Shown here piece by piece: positions 25,901-39,100 of a DNA stretch of 64,000 nt. This stretch comes from Antedon mediterranea (Eukaryota > Animalia > Echinodermata), in the NCBI RefSeq assembly GCF_964355755.1, contig NC_092673.1, positions 21,139,648 through 21,203,647 on the forward strand, given 5' to 3'. Each line of letters begins with the position of its first letter. The first letter of the stretch is position 1. Under the pieces are notes generated by a model. That model was not told the origin of the DNA. It saw only the letters and a list, made by a program, of their open reading frames with translations, and made no database searches. The translations under genes were made by a program, and so were the position numbers.

Positions 25901-28900
25901 ACTATAAAGAACCTACAGGACTTTCTCATGGAACATGAAACAAAAAGTGCTGAGATTCAAGAAGAGAAAACTTTACTGGAAGACGAAAACAAGGAATTAG
26001 TACAAGAAATATCGCATCTTAAAATGGTATGTTTGCTTTATTGTTTTCTTGTCAAATGTTTTTTGAAGGCCAGAATAATTGCATTTGATTGAATACAACA
26101 ATTTTCTTAATTAGATTTTAATTCATTTTTAATTAAATTTTAATTCTTTTTTAATTAATTCCACAGAATAACGTCCTTCCAAATCCTTGCTTTTATTATT
26201 TAAATTTGATCTGTAGCCAATTATATTACTCAACTAATCACAAAAACAAATCAATAAATACGTATTAAACAAAGGGAAATAGCTGTCGGATATATTCCCA
26301 TATGCCATAAAATACCTGCACTAGTATGACTGTTAATGAATAGGTGGTAGGATTTCCTCACCTAGGTTTTGTTTCCTTTCGCTGTGTCAGCATTGTTAGT
26401 AGGAAAGTTGTCTTTACGCTTCACTGATTTTGTTGAATATATTATTGATCTCCATGGTGATAATACTCATGATAATTGGCTTGTGTGGCTATTCTAGGAT
26501 GATTCAAGCTGTGTGAGCGAGCTTTAAACTGTGATTGTACGCAAGGAAATAAAAGTTAATAGAAGGGTTTGTTTTTTAGTTTTTATTTCATTCACATACT
26601 ACCATGTCATTAGCTATGTTCTTTAGATTTTGTGTTACACTACAGCATACTATACCACAAGTACCAATGTCTGTACTTTGTTCTCTGGTCTAATTAAATA
26701 TGAGTCATAGGTGATTCCCCTTCCATTCATTCATTGCATCGTTATGCTCTAGCATTCTTAGAACTATGTTAATAGCTGGTTCTTAAAAGCAGTGTAAACA
26801 ATTTCAATTAATAATCATTTGTTATACATTTCCTCTAACTTATTAAATGCTCTCCATGACTAGAGTGCATGTATTGTTTTTTTTGATTTGCTTAATAAAA
26901 TGGTTATATGATTGTTGTGAAACATTGATCTTTCTTTTTGTCATTCCATTTTGTATTGAAATTTCATTATCTAAAAATCACCTGTTATTCTGATAACCTA
27001 TATTGACAAGCTGTGTTGACTTGAGGTCATAATCAGGATTAATTGATTTTGAATTGACGAACTTACAACATTTTGAAGTACTAACCGTCTTTAAAGTAAA
27101 CACTTACAGTAGCATGGACTTTAACCTTCACACAGAGGGTTAAGAAAGGGGGAGTAAATACCACCAATTGTGATGCTAATGGCAAGGTACATCTATTGAT
27201 TTGTTATTCTACTCAAAGAATGTAAAGCAACAATATAGCATCTCCCAAAGGAGTTTAACGGTTTTTATATTGTGTACAGTAGTATAGTAATGCTTTACTA
27301 CGTGTACAGTACCTGTACTTAACTTTAGTTGGAATCAAAATACTTTGGATGTTATTTTTAGGATTTTTATATGACCTTGCTATAAAAAATGTTTGATCGA
27401 TCTTGCATGGAAATACTGTAATGTATCTGATTTGTTTAAACCACAGCCAGTATATTGCTATACAATATTATAGTTATTGTTGTAACACCAGTGTAACTCC
27501 TAATTAAATAATGAGATGGAACACATGTTGATAATAGGTCTATAGTACTTCTCAATATGTGTTTTTTTTTAGTTAACTTTGCTTTGCTCTATATGAAATT
27601 ATTCAGTGGATCTTCTGTTATTTTTGTATACCCTCTACACACTATGTACTTTTAGGTTGCATTATAAAATTGAGTAATTTTTTAGTTGGGTAGTATACTT
27701 TTGAATTGATATTAAATACATTTTTTTTATATATTTGGCTGCATTCCGCATAGACTATCATACTTTAAAATTAAAATTGCTTGTTTCTTTCAGAAAACAG
27801 CACAAAGCATTACAGAAAACTCAAAACTTCAAGAACAACTTCAAAAATTGAAACTAGAGAAAAACTCTCTTGAAACGACAATTATTGTTGATAAACAAGA
27901 ACATTTAAAGAGATTTAATGAACTGCAATCCAAAATTACCAACATGGAAGAAACGATCAAGAGGCTTGTTGAAGAAAACAAAGACTTAGTCTGTAAAACT
28001 AAGTATTTTGAAGATAATGACATGACTGTTGATAAATATAATAAGTTACTGGAGGAAGTTGAGAGGTTAAGAAATAATGAAACGGATCAACAATTTCAAA
28101 TTAAAAAACTTGAGGAAAAATTAAACCAGTTGGAAAACAAGGAAGTAGAATCGACAGATGAGGATACGTCGTGCAGTCTGTCGCTACCAATTGATAATAG
28201 TCATCTTAACCATGAAAAAGGAGATAACGAAAAATCAGAAAAAGAACTCAAAGAAAAGTTAGACGAATTTGAAACATCTGAAAGGGAATTAAAGAATGAG
28301 ATTAAAAAATTAAAATCCTCTGATGAAACATTGAAGATGACCCTGTCTCAATTGATATCTGAAAATTCCATTCTTCAGCATGAGAAAAGTCAAGCCCGAA
28401 GCGAAGTAGAGGAGTTAAAAGAAGAGGAAGTAATGTTAAAGAAGGTTATAAAAGATCAAATTACAGAAAATGGAAAACTAATAAATAATCAAGATAGTGC
28501 AGTTGATAGTTCAAATATTGATGTTGCCAAAGATACATTGATGAAAGAACTTACTGACATGAAAGCGTCTGACTGTATGTTGAAAGAACAAGTTCATGAT
28601 CTGATGCAGAAAAATGATAAGCTTACCGCTGAAAGGTCAGATATGAGCAGACAGTTAAAAGAATTTCTTTCCGTTGAAAGTCGTCTACATGACGAGATTT
28701 CAGGTTTACAAACGACAGTTATGGAATTACGGGAGTCTAACAAATCTGTAAACAATCATATTGATGAAAATGAAATTATGTTGAAAGATATCCAAGTATT
28801 AGAAGATATTAAATTACAATTGGAAAGTAAAGTAAAACTTTTAGAAGAAGATAAAGATGAACTTGAAGGGAAATTACAGGATTTTGAAACGCTTGTCAGA

Positions 28901-31900
28901 GATGCAGGGATTGCAAACACAGAAGAGTTGGAAAATTCCAATAAAATATTAAGCGATAAGTTACAGGAATTACAAGAACAACACAACATGTTACAGACAG
29001 AAGTCAAAGATTTGAAAGAAAATGAAAATACATTTCGTTTAAAACTTGATGAATTACAAGAATCAGAGCAATCTTTACTTGAAAAAATATCAACTGAAAA
29101 TGAAGATAATAACAGATTGACAGATGAGTTAGATGAATTACGAGAGCAGATTGCAAGTTTAGAGGAAATCAGAGGAAATCTAAAAGAGAAGTTACAGGAA
29201 TCTGAAGAGCAAATTGAAGAATTGAAAATGACCTCTATGTCTGTTTGCAATGACAATCTTGAGGGTACCGCCAAATCTTTACAAGGTGACCTATGTGGTA
29301 GTTTTGATGATGGTACTAAAAATGATATAATTGAAGAACTGCAGCTACAAATGAATGAGTTAAAGGAAGAAAATGAGAGGCTTCATCACGAATTAAAAAA
29401 TAAGATGAAAGTTAAAGAAGAAGTAATAGGTGAAGAATCTTTAATTGACTTCAGCACTCCTCCTCCTCCTCCTTTACCAAAAACGCCATCACCACTTCCA
29501 ACCTCAGCTACACCAGTCTTTCCAGCTTCTCAAACTTTGCTTCAAGCATCAAAGAAAGAAGCTGTTATTTGGCAAGAACTTGAAAAAGTAGGATTTCCTG
29601 GCAATCCAAGTATTTATTATACCAACAGTGCAAATCAAATTGGAGACAAATTAAAATTGAAAGAAGAAGAATGCAAAGATTTGCTAGACAAAATTGCAAA
29701 CCAGGAAATTGCAATTAAAAAGTTTCAGACTGATTTACAGAGGACAGAAGAGAAATTAGCAGAGACGGAAGAAATGCTATTAGAGAAAACTAATGATATT
29801 GAAGATCTGGAAAAAGCAGTTGCACAATCTGGAAGAAGATGTAGTGTGAGTGATATTCAAAATCGAGATCTTGAAGAGGAGTTACAAAAATCAAACCTTG
29901 AATTAGAAGATTTTAAACTTAGCATAATAGAAATGGAAGAAAATGAAGAAGTGCTAATGTCAAGGATTAAAGAATTAGAAAACCAATCCAGGGACTTACG
30001 AGATCAAAATGTCTTGTTAAAAGATCAAGTTACCTCTTTAGAATCTGTAGAAAAAGACTTGAAAATTGCATTGACAAATTTAGAACAGGAAAACGCTACT
30101 GTGTTTCAGCGTGTTGCGGACATGAAAAAGATGGAGGAGCAATTAAATGAAAAAATAAAGGAAGTTGAAACTAATTCTAAACTCGTAGATACATTGACCA
30201 ATGAAATTAAAGAGTTAAAACAACACTTAAAAGATTTAACTACGACCCATTCATCACAAATACAAAAATTGGAAGAGGCCACTAATATGTATGAGGAATG
30301 TAAACACAAGTTGCAAATTTTAGAAAATGAAACAACAGAGGAAAGAGAAATACTTGTCAATAAAATTAAGGAGCTTAAAAATGAAGAATTAGAACTATTA
30401 AAAAAGGTACAAACTCTAGAAAGTGTGCAGCTCAAAACGAAAAATGACCAAGACAATATTCAGATACTAACCAAGAAGTTGCATGAAATACAAGAAGAAA
30501 TGTCAAAATCGCAAGACCAAATTAAAGATAGCGAGAACTACTGTAAACAACTGGAGAACCGTGTGGCCGAGCATGAAAAACATGAGAATGAATTTATGGA
30601 AAAGAATGAAGCACTTCTGTCGGAATGTAATAATTTAAAAGCTCAGATTAAAGAACTTTTAAAAGAGGAAAAGACCGATTTAGTTTCTGAGAATGCAGAA
30701 ATAGAAGAAGAAATCGTTCAACAAGCAACATATCAAGAAACTGCAACCGAACCTCCAGAAGAACATAAGAATATGGTTTCTTCCCTTGAGGAAAAAATTC
30801 GAGAGCTTGAAGAAGAGAAGCAAGAAATGCAGCAAAGACTATTTGAACATGAAGAAAAAGAAAATGCCTTCAAAGAAACACTATCACAAGCAGATGCCAT
30901 AATGAATGAACGTGAATCTAGTCTACGTGAACATATAAATGAACTTGAAACATCTCAAAGTGATTTGAAAGAACGTTTGGAAGCAGCACGTACTAACTCA
31001 GAAGATAGAGCAAGTGATGATTGGCATGATGCTTTAGATGACAGGGAAGTACTTGAAGAAACTAAAGAACTTAGCAAAGATGAAGAAATTCGACATCTTC
31101 AACAAAGGATTGTAGAACTTGAAGAAACTGAATTACAACTGAAATTAGAACTAAAGAATATGGATCAAGGTATAGACACTTCAAACATGAATAATTATCA
31201 AAATAATGAAACAATAAAATTGCAAATTGACAGAATTTCAGAACTGGAAGAAATTGAGATTAACCTTTTGGAAGAATTAGAACAAGCTAAAACTACACAG
31301 AAAGCATTAACCGAAGCAAATGAAGAACTTTTAGATGAGGTTGCAGTCCTCAAGACAACAGTGGATGATCTAGAAAGTCTTGCAGAAAATAATGCGTATT
31401 ACCCACCTGTTGAAACTTCCAGTCATGACATTGAAAAGTTGCAAGAAGAACTTGAAAGTGTAATCTTGCAATTACAAGATTTGGAAGAAACAGACGAGAA
31501 ACTCAGAGAAGACCTAAAAGGTAAGGAAAATGAAATAAAAGAACTTAAAAAATCCAATTTACAACTGCAAGAAGATGTTGATAACTATAGTTCTCATTTA
31601 AAAGATTTAGAAGATTCTGAAAAGAAATTGAAAGACTTACTTAATGAGAAGGAGAAATCAGGTGATACGCTTAAATCAAATTACACTGAGCTTGAAGAAA
31701 AAATAAGTGATCTTGAAGCAACAGATTTATTTTTAACAGAGAAGTTAAATGAGAAAAATGAATCAGAAAATATCCTAAAAAAGGAATTAATATCTGCTGA
31801 AGAACGTTTAAAGAGGAGTGAAATATCATTAAAAGAATCGGAAGAACTGTTGAAGAAACAAATGCGTGAAAAAGAGGACCTGGATAAAGAGTTACATAAT

Positions 31901-33143
31901 CATGTTACTGTGATGGCAGATTCCGAAGAGGATCTGAAGAAAAAAGTATTAAAGTTAGAGCTTGTGACGGTAAATGCTGTGCAACAGATTGAGCAATTAG
32001 AGAACTCAAACGAGAAATTGAATTCCAAAGCATTGTCATCGGAAGAGGCAGAAAAACTTATGAGGATTGATTTCAATCAGATGAAACATGAAAATGACCT
32101 TCTCAACGAACAAATGATTGCCGCAAAGAAGGCAGAGAAGAATTTAAGAGAAAGACTAAGTGAAGTAGAGAGTGTGGAGTCCCAGTTGAGAACTCAAGTT
32201 TGGAAATTAGAAAGAGGAGAAGCAAAACACAAGGACAGGATTCTAGAATTGGAGGAAAAGAACTCATCAATGGAAAGAAAGGTATGTTTTGCAAGATAAA
32301 AACACTAGCACTGTTGATTGCTCGAGTTGCAAAAAAGCATTGAAAAAAAAAAAGAATTATGTCGCAGCTAATATTGTAGTAAAATGCACTTTTTTAATGC
32401 TTTTCTGCTAACTATGGTACTGTAGTGTATATTATGAAAAGTGGGTTGTTTTCTATCTCTTGTAATTATTAAACAAATATTATATTTGACAGAGTAATCA
32501 AGCTATTGAGTTGGAGCAAGAGTTACTTCATTTACAGAATGAACTACAAGAGGTCAACAAGAAACAAGATGATCTTCAAAGGTCAAAAGATGAAATCCAA
32601 GGAAAATACAACACATTGCACAACAGCTTGGAAACTGGAAACACTGCAAGTGACTTTGTTTATATCAAATTAACTACATTTGAAAAAACACATGGCTTAA
32701 CATTTGTTTGCTGCCCTCATTAGTTGATTTTAAGTTTAATTATGACAATCTGTTTATTAAATGTTTTTGTTTTATATTTTTTTCTTTTATAACAATTTAT
32801 AATGTGAAACAAATGAGTACAACATTTCTGTTGATTTCACTAGGTAAGCATACCAGAGAATGAATATCAACAATTGAAAACACAAGTGATGTTACTATCA
32901 TTTGATGACCAAGAAAAACCACAGGTAATTGTCTATTTTCCAATTAATTATTTTCATTTTCTGTTCCAATATCATAGATGGATCCAAAAATCCCTCTCCT
33001 TACACCCCCATTCCTAAATTTTAAAAAATCAATAAAATCTATTAAAAATAAAATATATTAAAGAACAGGAAACCTCCAATTTCACCATGACTATTTCCAT
33101 TATAATAGTACTGTATAATCCCACCCCCTGTGACTATACTCAG

Positions 33144-33182
<39 letters not shown>

Positions 33183-36100
33183 ATATAAAATCTAGTATTG
33201 TAATATTAAAAGAAAAAGTAAATAGAGAACTGGGCTATGTCAATTCCAGCATCAACAATATTGTCATTATTCTACAGTATAATACTTGCTTTACTATGAA
33301 TATGTAGTTATAAATTGTATTTCTAGTTTATCTCGTTAGTTTAGATATCACCAATGTCTTTATCTTTATTAATACTACATTATGCTAATGTGTACAACTA
33401 TTGTATATACAAGGCAGTACAGGCATTGTCCTCCTACAATGACTGTTTAATGACACACTATGGACTCCACCTCTTCATACAATGGTAGATTCTCAATTAC
33501 TAATATCCATCTGTTGGCTATCATCTATTGTCATGCAAATACATTTTATTACTAAATATTGATCACTTTATAACACATGTTCCACACTATATGAAAAGAA
33601 AGCTCATTCCAATATCCGACAAGGAATTTCCAGCCAGGAATAATATTTTTATGAGTTAATGGATTTGATTCTGTGGGAAAATATGTTAGAAATATGGAAA
33701 TATATATGTGAGTATTGATAAGAAGCAATTGCAACTTGTTGATTAGGAATATAAGACTACAGAAATCTGTTGGAATCATCCATTGTGATTATAGGGTGAT
33801 TAATTGTAACAGGTAATTTGTTTTCTTTATCAAATCATTGTTTTGTTAAAGCTGGTGTTACCAAGACAACAATATACATGATAGGTATTATATTTTGGAA
33901 AGTCCTATTATTGTACATACTATATCTATTAATTGCTTGATAATAAATGTAATATGAAATTACTTTTTATTTTCTATAAAAATTAAAAACATGCTTCTTA
34001 AAAAATTCTTAAGTAATTTGATTGATTTATTCTTTTCATATTATACATCTTCTTGCATATGGCAATGATATTATTGTCCTTGTTTTTGTATTCAATTGAA
34101 ATGTCAAGGCTTGCATATACTGTACTACAGAAAGACGTGTGGTAAATCAATAATAATCAATAGAGGAATACTTATTGATTAATGAAAATATGTAAGAATC
34201 GGAATAGACTATATGTATTATGTATATTTTACTCTCTGACAATATTTCCCATATGAAATCAATATTAATTTGTGTGACCATATTTTGGAAGACAATAACT
34301 TGAGTCTGGTAACAGGATTTTCCTAAAACCATTCCATGGGTGTTTTGTTTTCAGAGTGTTTTTAATTTATTTTCTTGCAGACTGTTGCAAAATTACCAGA
34401 TCTACTTCACCAGTTATCACATCGTTATTCATGCAAGTTCATCAATGACTTTGTTCTTCAGAACACACCAACTACAGGTACAGTAATTGCTAGCCCTCTT
34501 AAAACCACCCAACATTTTGGTAAAGCCAAAGATCATATAAATAGTTTTGAACAAATTTACATTCAGATCAATCAAAACATTCTAAATAAAATATTCTAAA
34601 GACCATCACCCAACAAGTAATTGTAATGAATTTGTTGCTATGTAGTACTGTACTGTAGTGATGGTCATCAAATCATTAATTGTAAAAAAAACGATTTTGT
34701 TACATTGTTTAAAATATTGTTTTAGGTCACAAGTCACTAAAGGATGCACTGGAGTCTGTTTCCCAAGATAATTATCCAATTCAACTTACCGACGCCTCAA
34801 TAGGACATTTTTATGTTTTATATCGACTACAAGCATTGGAAGACATGTTTGATGATATGGAAGAACCGTTGAATGCCACCAGATTGCATAACACACCTGG
34901 ACACTCGCACATTATCTTTGATGAAAATGACCAGCCAGTGGAAATCCACTGTGCTTTGTGTGCACGCAAGAAAATGGAGCAAAAGAAACGAGCCGCAGAA
35001 CAGTGGTTAGCAACAGTTGCCAGGGAAACACATCCTACGAATATGATTCAACGTGAGATAGTAAATCAGGATTCATATTCTTCATTGGAAGAGAACACTC
35101 CATTACAACAAGCTAGTCCAAATACCCGACGGAAACTCATAGAAGATCTTGTGAATGCGCTTCCGTTGATTACAGTAGAAGAATCCATTAATGAACAAAG
35201 TGTCGATGGTGGGTCAATGATAATGGAAGATCCGATAAATGAGATTAGAATTGATGACAAACTGGAAGCGCCACCAATGCCTTCAGAACCTCCACCACTA
35301 CCTGGAAGCGCCCCGCCAAGTCATAACAGAGTTAATTCCACGAGTTCTGAATTCTCAGATAACGCACCTCCTCTTCCCCAGTCGGCTCCGCCGCTTAGTA
35401 GGAATCTGTTAATCGGAAATGAAGCGCCGCCATCAAATGGTTCAACCAGACCGATAAATGGACTTGATGAAAGTGATGGCATTCAAAGACCAAGATCATT
35501 GTTCATGCGACCATTGTCTTTTGACAGTGGGACAGAAACCCTTTCCACTACAACTGTTGAACAGGACAGTGATCATAATCCAGTTGGCAGAGCTTTTTCA
35601 CTGCCTCAAGGTTTGCCAAGAGGTAAACGAGAGACACCAGAGCTAGCGCCAAAGCCACCAACTCCTCTTTGGTTGAAGAAGATGATGGAATGGCAGAGTC
35701 AAGAGAAGGAGAAGGATATTAATGAAGCACAGAGAATGAAGACCCAAAACACTATTCTGCAATCAAAGATTGATGTAAGATATTGCCTCTTGTTAACTTA
35801 ATGTAATGGCACTGCAAATTGATGTTTAGCCTGCTTGCTTTCCATTTTCAAGTTCAAACCATTGCACCCACCCTTCTAAATAATACTTTTTTTAAACATA
35901 ATTATGTTAATAATTACTGTGGTACAATCATATACTTTTTTTTACAAAGGGAATGTTACTATTCAAAGAGTCACCACATCTTAAAAACCTAAGGAGGAGT
36001 AACTCTTAATTGAGTAGCGCCAGATTGTACCCAAATTTTGATTATAAAAGAGGAAAATCAATTGAAATGTAAGTTTTTTAAACTGAGATTAAATAATTTA

Positions 36101-39100
36101 CTTATTATCTGCAGGAAAAGGACAACTTGATTCAAGAAATACGCAAGAGAGAGGAAGAACTAAAAAGAAAATTGCGAGATATGGAACATATTAGCATTAG
36201 TCGACAAAAGGTATAATATCTATAGATTGTGTTAATGTTATATACACTAGTAGTTAATGCTTGAATGTTTTTGCTTTGAAATAATCTTTAAATATTTTAA
36301 TAGATTCAAGCAAAAGAATTGGATCTAGAAGATAAAAACTTTGAAATTGCGAGATTGAAGTCAGAAAATTGGCAAAAAGAAAGAGAAATTGCAACGCTAC
36401 AGTCAAAAGTGAGTAACTTTTAAATAGATAACACATAATAGACACTTTTCTAGTACTAGTGGAGAAAATTAAAAGAACTCAGCCAACCACTGTTAAGACG
36501 AGCATTGTATTTTTCAAAATTTAATTTGAATTTTAATTGTTTTGTTTACTGTAATAATTTCAGATTGAAGAACTTAAACGTTTAAATGGTAATTACAGTA
36601 ATGAAGACGGAATACTGAAGAAGTTGCGTGATGAGGTATAATAAATATCTTTTATCTTTAAATATTGAATTACTTAAAAGTGCTGTGGTTCATTAATTTG
36701 GTAGTATGAAACATGATGAAGCAACTCGTAAAATTAATATAAATTTTTTAATGTCTAGTTGGATCTAACAAAGAATCATCTTCGGGTAAAAGAAAATCAA
36801 CTTCAGAATTTTGAATTTGATGACAGCAATTTCAAAGACAACTTGCAAAGGACCAATAAACAAATGAAAGAAAAGGTATGATAGAGAAATGCATCTTCTT
36901 TCCATAACCTAATTGTTTTGTATAAAACCTGATTAAAGATAGATTTCTCAATGTTGTGTGTAATAAAGCACTCTTGTTATTATGTAGAAACCACAGTGTC
37001 CTTAGAATATCAAATCACAATTTTCTAGGTTTAATCAGGTTGGCCGGTTTTTTTGATCAACCTCACATATTTCCTCCTAACCATTTAAAAATGAATTAAT
37101 TTCCAGACATATCAAAGAGCGGTTTCGAGTTTAGTTCTCCATACCTGTTGAATGTATACATTATACATTTAGGCCATATGATAGAACTCTTTTTCTTAAA
37201 ACTACTCAAAACAGTAATGGTGCACCAAATATTGGTTCATATAAATTAGTTATACCTGCTGTAGTGTAGTGTACTATAATTAAAGTGACTGATTAAAACT
37301 GCATTACAACTCGCATGCTAATTCCATTTAGCTGTATTCAATAATTTAACAAGCTTTATTACTAAGAAGATTATCTACAAACTGCACATGTTGTTTATCA
37401 ATTATTAATTAAAAATAATAAGTGAAGAATCAATAGTAGTAGGCTAACAGGCATATACTGAAAACAAACTGCAATGAAAAGGACGATATACTGTATTATC
37501 TACTGTATATTATAAATAGCTATACCACTTCTTCTCCTATCTATTCTACCTATCACAGAGGGTCAGGTACAGGATTAGACACCTATCAATTCCCAAAACA
37601 ATCTTTAGGGTATTTTAAAATGCCAATTTTCCATGAAACATGTGTTTTTTGGACAATTTTCTTTGAATCACCTACTGTAGTTGTCATTAATATTAATAAA
37701 ATAATGTACAACATGATGATGTAATGAATAATATATAAACAAGTGAACAAGATGATATTGTTGTTTTACTTTCATTATATGCAGAATTATCCAAGATAGA
37801 AAATACATAAAAAGCTACTTGAAACAAATTGCTATATAAAAAGCATGATACCCAGTGGATTGTTGATGGGTGATGCTATTTTCTTCACATGAACCCAAAA
37901 TAGTATATATTTAATTTAATACTTTTTTTTTTAATTTAGGAAGAAGAGCTGAAAAAGAAAACAGATGAATTGCAGAATTTGAAGGATAAACTTGACAAGT
38001 TGGAGGAGGAAGTGAGTGCTACACGAGGGAACGATGCTACACACTTCCAACAAATGATTGATAATTTACAAAGAGAGGTAAGATAACACAAGATAAAAAA
38101 TTATGGGTAATAAAAATGGTAGATAGTCTATGATAATTCATGTATAATAGAAATATAGAACTTACATGTAGCTACATTTTTTTTGCAGAAAATTCAAATG
38201 GAAAATGAAGTTGCCAAATTACCGGAAATGGTGGAGACTATTGAGGCTCTTAAAGAAGAGCAACGTAACATGGATCTAGCACTGAGAGAGAAAGATGCTG
38301 TTGATAGAAAACTACAGTTGGCTGAGAACATGCTTAAAGATAAGGTATGATATCCTTACCATTTGAATGGTTGATTGAAAATAATGCATGGCATGTGATA
38401 TACACAATTATATAAGACCTAAATAAATTTCTGTCCTGGCAATAGTACGCACTATTAAATGGTTGTTTAATAGTACTTTTTTTCATTTACGAAAAAAAAA
38501 TCTGTTTGCGTTTCGAACATTTTTTTATACTATTGCTTTTTAAATACAACAGCACCATCTATTTTGTACATTTTTTGAGAGACGTATGTATACTAATCCA
38601 ACATTCAATTTAACAGCTGATCAATTGAATATAAAAGAAGATGTGTTAATTGTTGATAATGAATGTTCTCTCCCCATTCATTATTTGTATGATACTGAAT
38701 ACTCAAAGATTGTTTTAATATAATTATTTATCAAATGGTACTGGTTTCCTTGATAAAAAATATAACATTACATTTTATGTTGCCAGACGAGTCAGGAGAT
38801 GTATTTAGCAGATGAGAACGCTTCACTACAGGAGAAAGTGAATCACTTAGAAAAACTGAGTAAATATAAAGACAACATAGAAGAACATTATCAGGATATC
38901 AAAGACAAGGTAAAACTTAATATACAAAATTATAATGTTCTTGAAATAAAGTCAAATGATAAATATCAAATAAAACTAATACTGTATTTGATCCTTAATC
39001 ACAATACTTGAAGCTCTGTCTACACTATTAATTAATTCATTTTACTTTAAAGGCAAAAACTCGAGTAGCGAAAGCTGATTTATTTTGGTCTTTTTTGTCA

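Noticed and set aside
28756-30456. Antisense Ser/Phe-rich ORFs in the giant exon
   Set aside because: Shadow frames of Glu/Lys-rich codons.
27848-32299. Stand-alone intronless 1,483-aa myosin/golgin-like gene
   Set aside because: The listed start is TTG, the frame is open back to a strong acceptor at 27793, and it ends at a canonical donor; it is an internal exon.
33414-33488. Extra exon in intron 18
   Set aside because: Poor acceptor, in-frame stop, and not needed for frame continuity.
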